Shown in pieces: positions 19,465 through 28,609 of a stretch of 64,000 nt of DNA. The stretch comes from Patescibacteria group bacterium (GTDB taxonomy: Bacteria > Patescibacteriota > Minisyncoccia > Phycocordibacterales > PALSA-1337): contig JAZKBV010000002.1 in the NCBI GenBank assembly GCA_040388415.1, positions 136,131 through 200,130 of the forward strand, read 5' to 3'. How positions within the stretch are numbered: position 1 is the first letter of the stretch; every line of letters starts with the position of its first letter. The position numbers were made by a program, and so were the translations under genes. Below the pieces are notes generated by a model. The model searched no databases. It saw nothing but the letters and a program-made list of their open reading frames with translations, and was not told where the DNA came from.

Positions 19465-20076
19465 ATGATTACATTTATCTCAATCGTCATCCTTATATTC
19501 TCGGTTATTATTCACGAGGTTTCTCACGGCTATATGGCCAACTACCTTGGTGACCCAACCGCGCGTTTGCAGGGGAGGCTTACCTTAAATCCGTTGAAGC
19601 ACATAGATCCCATAGGTTCTATCGTTGTACCGCTCATCACATCTATATCAGGTTTTACCTTTGGTTGGGCAAAACCAGTTCCTTATAATCCATATAATCT
19701 CAAGAATAGACGAAGCGGGGAGTTGTTGATCGCTATGGCTGGACCAGGTTCAAATATCACTATTGCGCTCATATTTAGTCTGATTATCCGCTATGCGGTC
19801 AGTCATTTTGCAGTTACGCCAGGTTTGAATTCATTTATCGAGGTAACGTCATATATAGTAGTCATCAATATCGTCTTGGCCATCTTCAACCTCATACCGC
19901 TCCCGCCACTCGACGGCTCAAAGCTTCTTTTTTCGCTATTACCGAATAGTCTTTTGCGAGTTCGTCATATTCTCGAAGCCTATGCGCCTATCTGGGTCCT
20001 TATTGTTGTATTGTTCGTCTGGCAGTTTATCTCGCCGATCGTGCCGTATGTGTTTAGAGTGTTTACGGGGTTGTAG
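19465..20076 (+). CDS. Site-2 protease family (M50) intramembrane metalloprotease
   Basis: HEVSHG, GRLTLNPLKHIDP, FNLIPLPPLDG; start moved to ATG at 19465. Confidence 0.92.
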   Translation: MITFISIVILIFSVIIHEVSHGYMANYLGDPTARLQGRLTLNPLKHIDPIGSIVVPLITSISGFTFGWAKPVPYNPYNLKNRRSGELLIAMAGPGSNITIALIFSLIIRYAVSHFAVTPGLNSFIEVTSYIVVINIVLAIFNLIPLPPLDGSKLLFSLLPNSLLRVRHILEAYAPIWVLIVVLFVWQFISPIVPYVFRVFTGL

Positions 20077-20095
20077 TTTGAATAAATTTTTCTAT

Positions 20096-20127
20096 AAAAA
20101 AGACCACTCCAGAAAACTGAAGTGGTT
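20096..20127 (-). terminator. Terminator hairpin between convergent S2P and dapB
   Basis: AAAAAG-ACCACTCCAG-aaaa-CTGAAGTGGT. Confidence 0.6.
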
Positions 20128-20145
20128 GTGAGTTGTTGTCCAGAT

Positions 20146-20850
20146 TCAGATGAATTCAGTCATCTGGCGAAGCAACGGGCCAGGAATCGGGCTGAGCTCC
20201 ACGACTCGGCGAGCGAGGATAATTCCGCCGTCTACATATGGTCCGAGTCCTTGAACCTTGATGTAACCACCTATTTCAATCTTGGATGCAAATCTTAAGT
20301 CCCAGAAGTGGTAAGCGTGCCGGTTGAGGTGTTCATGCGGAACACCGAGGGCCGATTGTTCAGTCTTTTTTCTGACAGAGACGATTTCTTCATGCGGGAT
20401 ACTGATGACGTCAGCGATCACTTTGGCTGTCCCTGGAACGCTTTTTTTCTCGTTCTGATGCGTTTCGAGAAGTCTTTTTTCACTGACGTCGAGACCAATG
20501 CCTTTAGTCATCCCGGCGATGAAAGCCGGAAACGATTTCAAGAACGCGATGATTGGCAAAGCAAGGTTCGGTGCATTGATAATCGGTATCTTGAAATCCT
20601 CTGGTAGGGTCATGCCCGTAGAAGCTTGAATCAAGGGAATGCTGTTTTTCTCGCAATATGCGATGAAATCCGGTAATTGTTTACCGCTACCGACATGAAT
20701 CCCGACTGTGGATACTATTTCCTTAGGAAGAATTGGAGCAGTTTCCCATTTGAAGATTGTGACATCCGGTCCGGCACCGGATGCGAAATCAAGAAAGGCC
20801 TTTGCCAGTGCGCCGTTTCCGCAGATGGTTAATTGAAGTAGTTTACTCAT
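20146..20850 (-). CDS. dapB: 4-hydroxy-tetrahydrodipicolinate reductase, plant-like DapB type
   Basis: Rossmann ICGNGALA, QASTG, APNL, ETHQNEKKSVPGTAK, GVPHEHLNRHAYH, YVDG; start ATG at 20850. Confidence 0.78.
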   Translation of the reverse strand: MSKLLQLTICGNGALAKAFLDFASGAGPDVTIFKWETAPILPKEIVSTVGIHVGSGKQLPDFIAYCEKNSIPLIQASTGMTLPEDFKIPIINAPNLALPIIAFLKSFPAFIAGMTKGIGLDVSEKRLLETHQNEKKSVPGTAKVIADVISIPHEEIVSVRKKTEQSALGVPHEHLNRHAYHFWDLRFASKIEIGGYIKVQGLGPYVDGGIILARRVVELSPIPGPLLRQMTEFI

Positions 20851-20945
20851 AATTGTATTCAGTTGTTGGTTGTTCAGTTTCGTTCTGAATACTACGCCCA
20901 AATGCTGTCTTGTCAAACTATTACGAGCATGATACTGTACCTCCA

Positions 20946-21058
20946 CTACTCCATACGGGAGTTGTACATTATCCAGGCAAGAATGAGTAATCGCCCAAGC
21001 CAAACCTCACTTTATGAGGAAACTCAAGGCTTTCGCGGTGAAGAATTCAGGATTGCCA
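20946..21058 (+). promoter_or_regulatory. Structured 5' leader of the rpsL operon (candidate r-leader)
   Basis: Downstream of TTGTCA-17-TACTGT; nested pairings GGCAA/TTGCC, ATCGC/GCGGT, AAGCC/GGCTT, CCTCA/TGAGG. Confidence 0.45.
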
Positions 21059-21065
21059 CTTAACA

Positions 21066-21147
21066 CAAGAGGTAAGAGACTAGAGATAAGAGCTAGGAAA
21101 ATCGCACATTGCATTTCTTATCTCCAGGCTCTTAGCTCTTAGCTCTA
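21066..21147. repeat. Inverted arrays of degenerate 7-mers (TAAGAGC / GCTCTTA) before rpsL
   Basis: caagagg taagaga ctagaga taagagc taggaaa ... tttctta tctccag gctctta gctctta gctcta. Confidence 0.8.
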
Positions 21148-21154
21148 TTAACAA

Positions 21155-21574
21155 ATGCCTACAATCAACCAGCTTACCAAGCGCGGTCGTGTCAGTTTCA
21201 AGCGTAAGAGCAAGTCCATCGCTCTTACCCGTACGTTTAATAGTATCGAGAACCGTCCATCATTCTTCCCAGCGCCATTCAAGCGCGGAGTATGCGTGAA
21301 GGTTACGACAAAGACACCAAAGAAGCCTAACTCAGCTATCCGCAAGATTGCCCGTGTTCGTCTTTCAAATGGTCTCGAAGTCACTGCATATGTTCCAGGC
21401 GAAGGTCATAACCTCCAGGAACACTCAGTGGTCCTCCTCCGTGGCGGTCGCGTCAAAGACGTCGGTCTCCGTTATACAGTCGTTCGCGGTGTGCTCGATG
21501 CAGCGGGCGTAGAGAAGCGTCGCAAAGGTCGCAGTCAATATGGTAACAAGAAGCCAAAGGCAGCAAAGGCTTAG
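21155..21574 (+). CDS. rpsL: 30S ribosomal protein S12
   Basis: [35 protein letters not shown]. Confidence 0.99.
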   Translation: MPTINQLTKRGRVSFKRKSKSIALTRTFNSIENRPSFFPAPFKRGVCVKVTTKTPKKPNSAIRKIARVRLSNGLEVTAYVPGEGHNLQEHSVVLLRGGRVKDVGLRYTVVRGVLDAAGVEKRRKGRSQYGNKKPKAAKA

Positions 21575-21605
21575 TTCCATTCTAATATTCAACTAATATA
21601 CTACT

Positions 21606-22076
21606 ATGCGAAGAAAGAAAAATATAAAGCGCGACCTTAGACCTGATGCTCAGTTTGATTCCCTCAAAGTCTCAAAGTTCATCAACTACGTCATGCAAGA
21701 GGGTAAGAAAAACACAGCACGTACGATTGTCTATGATTGTATGAACGCTATCAAAGATCAAGCTAAAGTCGAGAATCCAATCGAAGTTTTCGAATTGGCT
21801 CTCAAGAACACGACTCCAGCTATGGAAGTCCGTTCACGCCGTGTCGGTGGTGCCAACTATCAGGTCCCTCGTGAAGTTCGTCCAGAGCGCAAGAACGCAC
21901 TCTCTATGAAATGGATCGTCGAAGCAGCTCGTGGCAAGAAGGGAAAGCCTATGCACCTCAAGCTCGCTGATGAGATCATAGCTGCCTCAAAGAATGAAGG
22001 CGAAGCGGTCAAGAAGCGTGAGAACGTCCACAAGATGGCTGAAGCTAACAAGGCTTTTGCTCACTTTGCTTGGTAG
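21606..22076 (+). CDS. rpsG: 30S ribosomal protein S7
   Basis: EVRSRRVGGANYQVP, HKMAEANKAFAHF. Confidence 0.99.
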   Translation: MRRKKNIKRDLRPDAQFDSLKVSKFINYVMQEGKKNTARTIVYDCMNAIKDQAKVENPIEVFELALKNTTPAMEVRSRRVGGANYQVPREVRPERKNALSMKWIVEAARGKKGKPMHLKLADEIIAASKNEGEAVKKRENVHKMAEANKAFAHFAW

Positions 22077-22168
22077 TTTCTCGAAATTTCGCACTAAATT
22101 TTTTTCAGAAATAACATCAATGCCTCGTCAATATTGACCGGGCATTTTTGTTTGATAAAATTGTAGTA

Positions 22169-22372
22169 ATGTCAGCAATAGATTGGACACAAATCTATAA
22201 AAAATACAAAGGTCTTTGGGTAGCTCTACTCAAGGATGAAGTTACTGTTGTTGGTTATGGAAAAACATTAAAAGAGGCGCGAGCTAGAGCTTTGAAAAAT
22301 GGTTACCCACATCCTATATTTACTCGTATGCCGGACAATTTATCAGCACATATCGGAGGAATCTGGTTATGA
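22169..22372 (+). CDS. Small DUF5678-like protein
   Basis: YKKYKGLWVAL...VVGYGKTLKEA...P pattern; promoter TTGACC-16-TAAAAT at 22134-22161; ATGA overlap with the next gene. Confidence 0.7.
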   Translation: MSAIDWTQIYKKYKGLWVALLKDEVTVVGYGKTLKEARARALKNGYPHPIFTRMPDNLSAHIGGIWL

Positions 22373-22770
22373 AATTTAAATATAAAGTGTATGGTGATGC
22401 TTTAAGGCCGGTCATACCGGTTAAAATTTCGCACAAGAATGCTTTTGCAGATTGTGAAGTGTTGGTTGATTCTGGTGCAGATCATTGTTTCTTTGATGCT
22501 CAGGTCGCTGAAGATATTGGGATTGATACAGTAACTGGTCATGAAATCAAGGAAGTATTTGGTCTAGGTGGTAAAGTCTCTTTATATTATGTGCATCCAA
22601 TTACGCTAACGGTTGGAGAAAAATCATTCAACATAAAAGCAGGATTTGTACCAAATCTTGGTGGTAAAATTATCTCTTATGGCATAGTTGGCCAAAAAGG
22701 TTTCTTCGATAACTTTTCTGTGAAGTTTGATTTATCAAAAGAGCTAATAGAACTAAAAGAAATAAAATAA
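22369..22770 (+). CDS. Retropepsin-like (clan AA) aspartyl protease
   Basis: RPVIPV, LVDSGAD catalytic motif, GLGG flap, IVGQKGFF. Confidence 0.82.
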   Translation: MKFKYKVYGDALRPVIPVKISHKNAFADCEVLVDSGADHCFFDAQVAEDIGIDTVTGHEIKEVFGLGGKVSLYYVHPITLTVGEKSFNIKAGFVPNLGGKIISYGIVGQKGFFDNFSVKFDLSKELIELKEIK

Positions 22771-23033
22771 TATGAGAACATTCATTAGTCTGATAAAGTT
22801 AGAACAAAAGTGGGTAGTGTCTTGTCTTTGTATATTCTGCGAGTCTTTTTTCACGTTTGTCCGTTCAACAGATGGTACAGCGTTTGGTGGGTAATACTAT
22901 GGTTCGGATGGAAGTGTTATAGAAGGTGAAAGGGGGATATGTGATAAGTGTTTGGGCATTGAACATGTTGCGGAGAAGCCCAAAGGAAAGATGGGGTTTG
23001 CTGTTTAAGTTTGAGCTTGTTAGACTTTGTGAT

Positions 23034-23423
23034 ATGGAAAAGCAACCTAATTCATTTGAAGGGAATAAAGATGAAGATATATACGCCAGAGGAGATTTAC
23101 TTAATGATTATTTTAATGAAATCATGTATGTTGGTGTTAATAGGGAAGGTAAAATTTATAGAGATAAAGTTAAGACAATTCAAGAACATTATTTTGATGA
23201 TCCATATGCAAAGGCTGATTGGAAAGCTGAGTTTGAAAAATATGTGAAGGAAAAACCAAAAAAAGTTGAAAGAGTTAATAAACTCGTGAATATATTGAAT
23301 ACGACTAATGATGTTACTTTATTCAAGAGGGCTTATAATGAAATATTAAGATTAATATACGATAGAGAAGTTTCATTGATGTACCCTGAATCAGAATTCA
23401 ACCCAGATTTGCTCGAGCTGTAG
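23034..23423 (+). CDS. Hypothetical protein (AT-rich)
   Basis: Protein-like composition from MEKQPNSF at 23034; the upstream extension looks non-coding. Confidence 0.6.
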   Translation: MEKQPNSFEGNKDEDIYARGDLLNDYFNEIMYVGVNREGKIYRDKVKTIQEHYFDDPYAKADWKAEFEKYVKEKPKKVERVNKLVNILNTTNDVTLFKRAYNEILRLIYDREVSLMYPESEFNPDLLEL

Positions 23424-23550
23424 TTCTATTTGCCAATTTCCCCCATTTCCTGTACATTATCCCTTACTAAAGGCGACTCGCTTTTTTAATTTATCATCAA
23501 TTTTTGAGCCACATTTATCATAAACGGCCCAATAAATTTACACACAACAC

Positions 23551-25716
23551 ATGAACCGCGATTACCCACTTGAGAGAATGCGAAACTTCGGAATCATCGC
23601 TCACATCGATGCCGGCAAGACAACGACATCAGAGCGTATCCTTTACTATACAGGTATGATCCACAAGATCGGTGAAGTTCACACAGGTGAAACGACCACT
23701 GACTGGATGGAACAAGAGCGCGAGCGTGGTATCACTATCACTGCCGCTGCTATTACTTGTTTTTGGAATCCAACATATCAGCGTGGACTCAAAGACGCTG
23801 CAGGCAAAGATGATGTATCAAAGAAAGTTCGTTTCAACATCATCGACACACCAGGACACATCGACTTTACGGTAGAAGTGAAGCGTTCTCTTCGCGTGCT
23901 CGACGGTGCAGTTGTGGTCTTCGATGGTGTGGCAGGTGTTGAGCCACAGTCTGAGACAAACTGGCGCTATGCCGATGAAGCCAATGTTCCACGTCTTTGT
24001 TTCATCAACAAGATGGATCGCATGGGCGCTTCATTTGAGAAGTCATACGCATCTATCCTCGAACGTTTGAATAAGAATGCCGTTCGCTTCCAGCTCCCGA
24101 TCGGAACAGAAGCGGCTCATGAAGGTGTTGTTGACCTCCTCCGCATGAAGGCCTATACCTTCACCGGTGAAAAGGGTATCGATGTTAATGAAAGTGAGAT
24201 TCCTGCAGATATGCTCGAAGATGCAAAGAAGTATCGCGCAATCATGATCGAAAAGGTTGTCGAAACAGATGACGTTGCTATGCAAAACTTCCTCGATGGA
24301 AAAGAGATCTCAGTAGATGAGTTCAAGAAAGTTTGTCGCAAGGCAGTTATTGCCAACAAGATCTTCCCAGTCTTCACTGGTTCAGCTCTCAAGAACGTCG
24401 GTGTTCAGCTCGTACTCGACGCCGTTGTCGACTACCTCCCATCACCGCTCGATATGCCAGCTATCAAAGGTATCGACCCAAACACTGGTGCAGATATCGA
24501 ACGTCACGCTGATGATAGTGAGCCTTTCTCAGCTCTTGCGTTCAAACTCCAGAACGACCCATTCGTCGGTCAGCTCACCTTCTTCCGTGTGTACTCAGGT
24601 ACCATCGAAGCCGGCACTTATATCTATAACTCAACGACAGGCAAGAAAGAGCGTCTTGGTCGTATCGTCCGTCTCCAGGCTGACAAGCGCGAAGAAGTGA
24701 AGAAAGTTTTTGCGGGTGAGATCGCTGCAGCCGTCGGTCTCAAAGACGCACTTACTTCTCACACATTCTGTGATGAAGAAAAGCCGATCATCCTCGAAAA
24801 GATTAAATTCATGGAGCCAGTTATCTCTCTCCGTATCGAACCGAAGACAAAAGCAGACCAGGAAAAAATGGGTCTTGCTCTCCGCAAGCTCGGTAACGAA
24901 GATCCAACCTTCCGTGTTTCAAGCAACCAAGAGACAGGTGAGACGATCATTTCAGGTATGGGAGAACTCCACCTTGAGATCATGGTTGACCGTATGAAGC
25001 GCGAGTTCACCGTTGAAGCGAACGTTGGTAAGCCTCAAGTGGCATATCGCGAAACCATTCTCGGTACTGCTGAAGCAGAAGAAAAATACGTCAAGCAGAC
25101 TGGTGGTAAAGGTCAGTACGGTCACGTTAAGCTCAACATCAAGCCGATGTTGCCATGGCCAGAAGGTGAGAAGGTTCCAAAGAATGTTAGTAACTATGAT
25201 GACTTCCGTTTCATCAACTCTATCACTGGCGGTGCTATCCCTGGTGAATTTATCCCTGCAGTTGAAAAGGGTGTTCATGAAGCTATGGATCGCGGTATCC
25301 TCGCTGGATTCAGGCTCGTTAACATTGAATGTGAATTGACCTACGGTTCGTATCACGACGTTGACTCATCAGAAATCGCCTACAAGATCGCGGCATCTAT
25401 TGCTTTCCAAGCTGCATGTAAGCGCGCAAAGCCAGTTATCCTCGAACCTATCATGAAGCTTGAAGTTGTCTGTCCAGAAAAATATATGGGTGATGTTATC
25501 GGTTCTATCTCATCAAAGCGCGGTCTTATCGAAGGTTCAGAGCCAAAGGGTATGAATCTCGCTATTCACGCCAAGGTTCCATTGTCAGAGATGTTCGGTT
25601 ATACCACTGATCTTCGCTCTATGACTTCAGGTCAGGGAAGCGCTCAGATGGAGTTCGATCACTATGATGTGGTTCCAAAGAACGTTGAGACTGAGATTAT
25701 CGAGAAGAAGAAATAA
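23551..25716 (+). CDS. fusA: Elongation factor G
   Basis: [34 protein letters not shown]; own promoter TTGCCA-17-TACATT near 23430. Confidence 0.99.
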   Translation: MNRDYPLERMRNFGIIAHIDAGKTTTSERILYYTGMIHKIGEVHTGETTTDWMEQERERGITITAAAITCFWNPTYQRGLKDAAGKDDVSKKVRFNIIDTPGHIDFTVEVKRSLRVLDGAVVVFDGVAGVEPQSETNWRYADEANVPRLCFINKMDRMGASFEKSYASILERLNKNAVRFQLPIGTEAAHEGVVDLLRMKAYTFTGEKGIDVNESEIPADMLEDAKKYRAIMIEKVVETDDVAMQNFLDGKEISVDEFKKVCRKAVIANKIFPVFTGSALKNVGVQLVLDAVVDYLPSPLDMPAIKGIDPNTGADIERHADDSEPFSALAFKLQNDPFVGQLTFFRVYSGTIEAGTYIYNSTTGKKERLGRIVRLQADKREEVKKVFAGEIAAAVGLKDALTSHTFCDEEKPIILEKIKFMEPVISLRIEPKTKADQEKMGLALRKLGNEDPTFRVSSNQETGETIISGMGELHLEIMVDRMKREFTVEANVGKPQVAYRETILGTAEAEEKYVKQTGGKGQYGHVKLNIKPMLPWPEGEKVPKNVSNYDDFRFINSITGGAIPGEFIPAVEKGVHEAMDRGILAGFRLVNIECELTYGSYHDVDSSEIAYKIAASIAFQAACKRAKPVILEPIMKLEVVCPEKYMGDVIGSISSKRGLIEGSEPKGMNLAIHAKVPLSEMFGYTTDLRSMTSGQGSAQMEFDHYDVVPKNVETEIIEKKK

Positions 25717-25722
25717 AAAGAT

Positions 25723-25807
25723 TGGGGATAACCCCAGTTGCGTAGATTTTATAGAGAGCTATACTGTTCCCAACTACCCAAGCACGTGCCATTCAGGCAC
25801 GTGCTTG
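25723..25807 (+). promoter_or_regulatory. DnaA-box-like site + promoter + leader hairpin (copy 1)
   Basis: TGGGGATAA, TTGCGT-16-TATACT, ACTACC then CAAGCACGTGCC-attca-GGCACGTGCTTG. Confidence 0.6.
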
Positions 25808-25849
25808 TCTCGTTATCTGACAGTATTAAAAATTTAATCTCACCTCAAC

Positions 25850-27016
25850 ATGTTCACTCTCCAAAGTCTCAAAAAAGAAATGATCCTGAGCGCCCTATCG
25901 CTCGTCATTCTTTTTAGTGGTGCTGTTATCAGTACCGTGACAACACAGGCGCAGGTGACGGGCACATCTGCAACAGTAGTCACTACGACAACTGGGCCAG
26001 TTGGTGCATATGGCATAACCGTTACAAGTCCAAATGGAGGAGAGACATTGCTTGCTTCAAGCAGTCAGACGATCAGTTGGATAAATGCCTCATCGAGCCC
26101 AGTGGATATTTATCTTTTACCATATCAAGCACCATGTACTACAACTATCTGTCCTCTGATAAGAATAGCGCCAATCTATATCGCTCAAAATGTGAGCGGT
26201 GGCAGTTATTTCATACAGGATATAACTTCTATTCCTATTCCATTAAATAAGTACAGAGCAGAAGTATGTCTCGCGGGAACATTTATGTGTGATGTAAGCG
26301 ATGATTATTTCACGGTCACTACCTCAACACAGACAACCTCATCCTGCTACGTTTTCTCAAATAATCTTACGGTCGGTTCAACAGGCGCTGATGTGACCGC
26401 TCTCCAGCAGTTTCTCTCCACTAACGGTTTTCTATCAAATAAATTTGTTACAGGATATTTTGGTCCTCAAACAGTAGATGCAGTTAAGTTATATCAAACA
26501 AGTGTTGGATTACCATCGTATGGTTTTGTCGGTCCGATAACGCGTGAAAAACTTAATGCTGCATGTGTACCAATTGATACAGATAAAGATGGGGGTGCAA
26601 AATCAATTAAACTATTGAATCCAAATGGTAATGAAAAGTGGATGTCTGGAAGTCGTAGTGCTGTCAAATGGAGTGCACCACATGCATCAGTATCTGATCT
26701 TATGGATATAAAAATCGCCAGTTATCTTCCTCCATGTATAACACCGATTTGTCCGCGTATCGTGCCTACTCCATTGACGGTTATTTCTGGGATCAGTGCG
26801 ACCACGCATTCATATGAGTGGGTTACAGGTCAATTACAAAATGGGTATTCAGTTCCTGCGGGAAAATACACTATGCAGATATGTATCACAGGAATAACTC
26901 CTATTTGTGATACAGGGAAGACCTATTTCAGCATAACGGCCCCCGTAGTAACCACTAGTGCAGCAGTGTCAGATGCGGTCAGCAATATGAGTTGGTCTGG
27001 TGTGTTTAATAATTAA
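25850..27016 (+). CDS. Secreted peptidoglycan-binding-domain protein with SPNGGE-type Ig-like repeats
   Basis: Signal peptide; LTVGSTGADVTALQQFL...GYFGPQT...YQ...GFVGPITR PG_binding_1 pattern; two SPNGGE/NPNGNE domains. Confidence 0.8.
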   Translation: MFTLQSLKKEMILSALSLVILFSGAVISTVTTQAQVTGTSATVVTTTTGPVGAYGITVTSPNGGETLLASSSQTISWINASSSPVDIYLLPYQAPCTTTICPLIRIAPIYIAQNVSGGSYFIQDITSIPIPLNKYRAEVCLAGTFMCDVSDDYFTVTTSTQTTSSCYVFSNNLTVGSTGADVTALQQFLSTNGFLSNKFVTGYFGPQTVDAVKLYQTSVGLPSYGFVGPITREKLNAACVPIDTDKDGGAKSIKLLNPNGNEKWMSGSRSAVKWSAPHASVSDLMDIKIASYLPPCITPICPRIVPTPLTVISGISATTHSYEWVTGQLQNGYSVPAGKYTMQICITGITPICDTGKTYFSITAPVVTTSAAVSDAVSNMSWSGVFNN

Positions 27017-27027
27017 TCATTCATCAT

Positions 27028-27579
27028 ATGTCTATGTTCGGTAAAAACTTAAAATACGTTCTTGTTCTCGGCGCTCTTGCAGTGCTTACGTTTACCAACC
27101 CTGCAGTTCTTGATGCGATATCAAGCGGCATGGCGTATACACAGGAGCAGGCAGCCGCTGGAGATATTTTTAAACAAAGTCGCCCTGGATTTTTCGGCAA
27201 TCTATTTAAAATTGAAGCAAGAGAAATAAGGGCTACAAGCACATCTAATAAAAAAGATTTGAGCAGCACGACTCGTCCGATGATGTTTGCTTCATCAACT
27301 CGTCCGACAGCTGATAAACCTGAAGGGAAGGAGCAAGATCACCGTCTTACTCCTGAACAAGTCGTCACTATTCTTTTTAAGGCAGGAATCATTCCACAAG
27401 AAAAGCTTGATCTTGCACGAAGACTGGTGAATGGCGCACAAATGGGAACATCTACAGTTGGTAAAGTCATTCGTGAAGAGGTTAGAAATAAAATCGGTAC
27501 AAGCACCCGCATGATGCCTCCACCGCCACCAGTGCCACCAGTTAGCTCGACGACGAGTTCAACAACTGCCCCATTCTAG
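27028..27579 (+). CDS. Secreted/membrane-anchored hypothetical protein
   Basis: N-terminal hydrophobic helix; repeated S(S/T)TR(P/M)M motifs; Pro-rich C-terminus. Confidence 0.7.
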   Translation: MSMFGKNLKYVLVLGALAVLTFTNPAVLDAISSGMAYTQEQAAAGDIFKQSRPGFFGNLFKIEAREIRATSTSNKKDLSSTTRPMMFASSTRPTADKPEGKEQDHRLTPEQVVTILFKAGIIPQEKLDLARRLVNGAQMGTSTVGKVIREEVRNKIGTSTRMMPPPPPVPPVSSTTSSTTAPF

Positions 27580-27595
27580 TCAAAAAAATAATTTA

Positions 27596-27621
27596 AAACC
27601 CCGACATACATTCGGGGTTTT
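27596..27621. terminator. Bidirectional terminator
   Basis: AAAACCCCGA-catacat-TCGGGGTTTT. Confidence 0.75.
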
Positions 27622-28438
27622 ATTGTCGTGGAAATTCATTCACTAGTTCATTCGAATAATAAAATCGTCCCGCTAAATCACCGAAGCTATACGTTGTTGT
27701 GCCAAGAGTGATGGCAGCACCTCCACTTTCTGGATTTGGATGTGGGTGTGAGTTTTGGAAACCAATATTAAAGAGTGTCGCGAGTATCTCAGGTCTACTG
27801 GATATATCAATACCTGCTTTATTCCATTGAGATATTAGCTCCTTGAGTGCACATGCGCCGTAGAGGTATGAATAGTATCGATCGTGTTCATTAGTCAGTC
27901 GAGCAAAACGTTCAGCATCCTTGTCGGTAGTCGTAGCAGGGTAGTCGAGGATATGCGCAGAAGCCTCTCCGATATACCACGGCGAGCTAGCGTCCTCGAG
28001 ATTATTTTCTATTTGTATGGCGGTATCCTGCTTGATACCCATGACGCCCCATGAGAATTGGGACTGGGTGCCTAGGATTTTGAGTGGCGCAAAAACTGAT
28101 TTAAATATTTCGCGGTCAGAATGGAAGAGTCTCAATTGTTCGACAATGAGAGCTGAAACAATAAGACGGGGTGATACACCAACAATCGATGCTGCACGGT
28201 TGATGGCGGGCACATCTTTTAATATTGCTACTTTCAATACGCTCCACTCTTCTTCATTTTGCCATGCATCAGGAGTGCTCGTGGCATTTTTAAAATAATC
28301 ATGCTGTCTATCGATGATTCCAGGCGTTTTGGTCAAACCAAGTTCGACTGCTGCATATACTGCAACAAGGAGAAAGCCTATGATAGCGAAAATATATACA
28401 GTGATAGTGAAAGTACGTTTCATATTTTGAGTAGCCAC
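27620..28438 (-). CDS. Membrane-anchored hypothetical protein, possible lysozyme-like fold
   Basis: N-terminal TM; AASIVGVSPRLIVSALIVEQ...SWGVMGIK...FNIG resembles SLT/lysozyme motifs (inference). Confidence 0.55.
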   Translation of the reverse strand: MATQNMKRTFTITVYIFAIIGFLLVAVYAAVELGLTKTPGIIDRQHDYFKNATSTPDAWQNEEEWSVLKVAILKDVPAINRAASIVGVSPRLIVSALIVEQLRLFHSDREIFKSVFAPLKILGTQSQFSWGVMGIKQDTAIQIENNLEDASSPWYIGEASAHILDYPATTTDKDAERFARLTNEHDRYYSYLYGACALKELISQWNKAGIDISSRPEILATLFNIGFQNSHPHPNPESGGAAITLGTTTYSFGDLAGRFYYSNELVNEFPRQ

Positions 28439-28460
28439 ACTATATCATAGGGTATTTGTT

Positions 28461-28546
28461 TGTGGATAACTCCGCTTGGCATTTTTGAGAATAGAGTTAT
28501 AATTATCTCACTACCTAAGACGTGCCATCACTGGCAGGTCTTTTTC
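28461..28546 (+). promoter_or_regulatory. Perfect DnaA box + promoter + leader hairpin (copy 2)
   Basis: TGTGGATAA, TTGGCA-16-TATAAT, ACTACCT then AAGACGTGCCA-tcac-TGGCAGGTCTTTTT. Confidence 0.6.
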
Positions 28547-28609
28547 TATTTAACTTCTTCGAAACAAGCAAGTAGAAAATTAACCAATTAATTAGCGCTA
28601 TTGTTCTTT

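Noticed and set aside
22772-22894. 40-codon ORF MRTFISLIKLEQKWVVSCLCIFCESFF... right after the protease
   Set aside because: Its position is suggestive, but there is no motif or codon-usage support, so it cannot be told from chance
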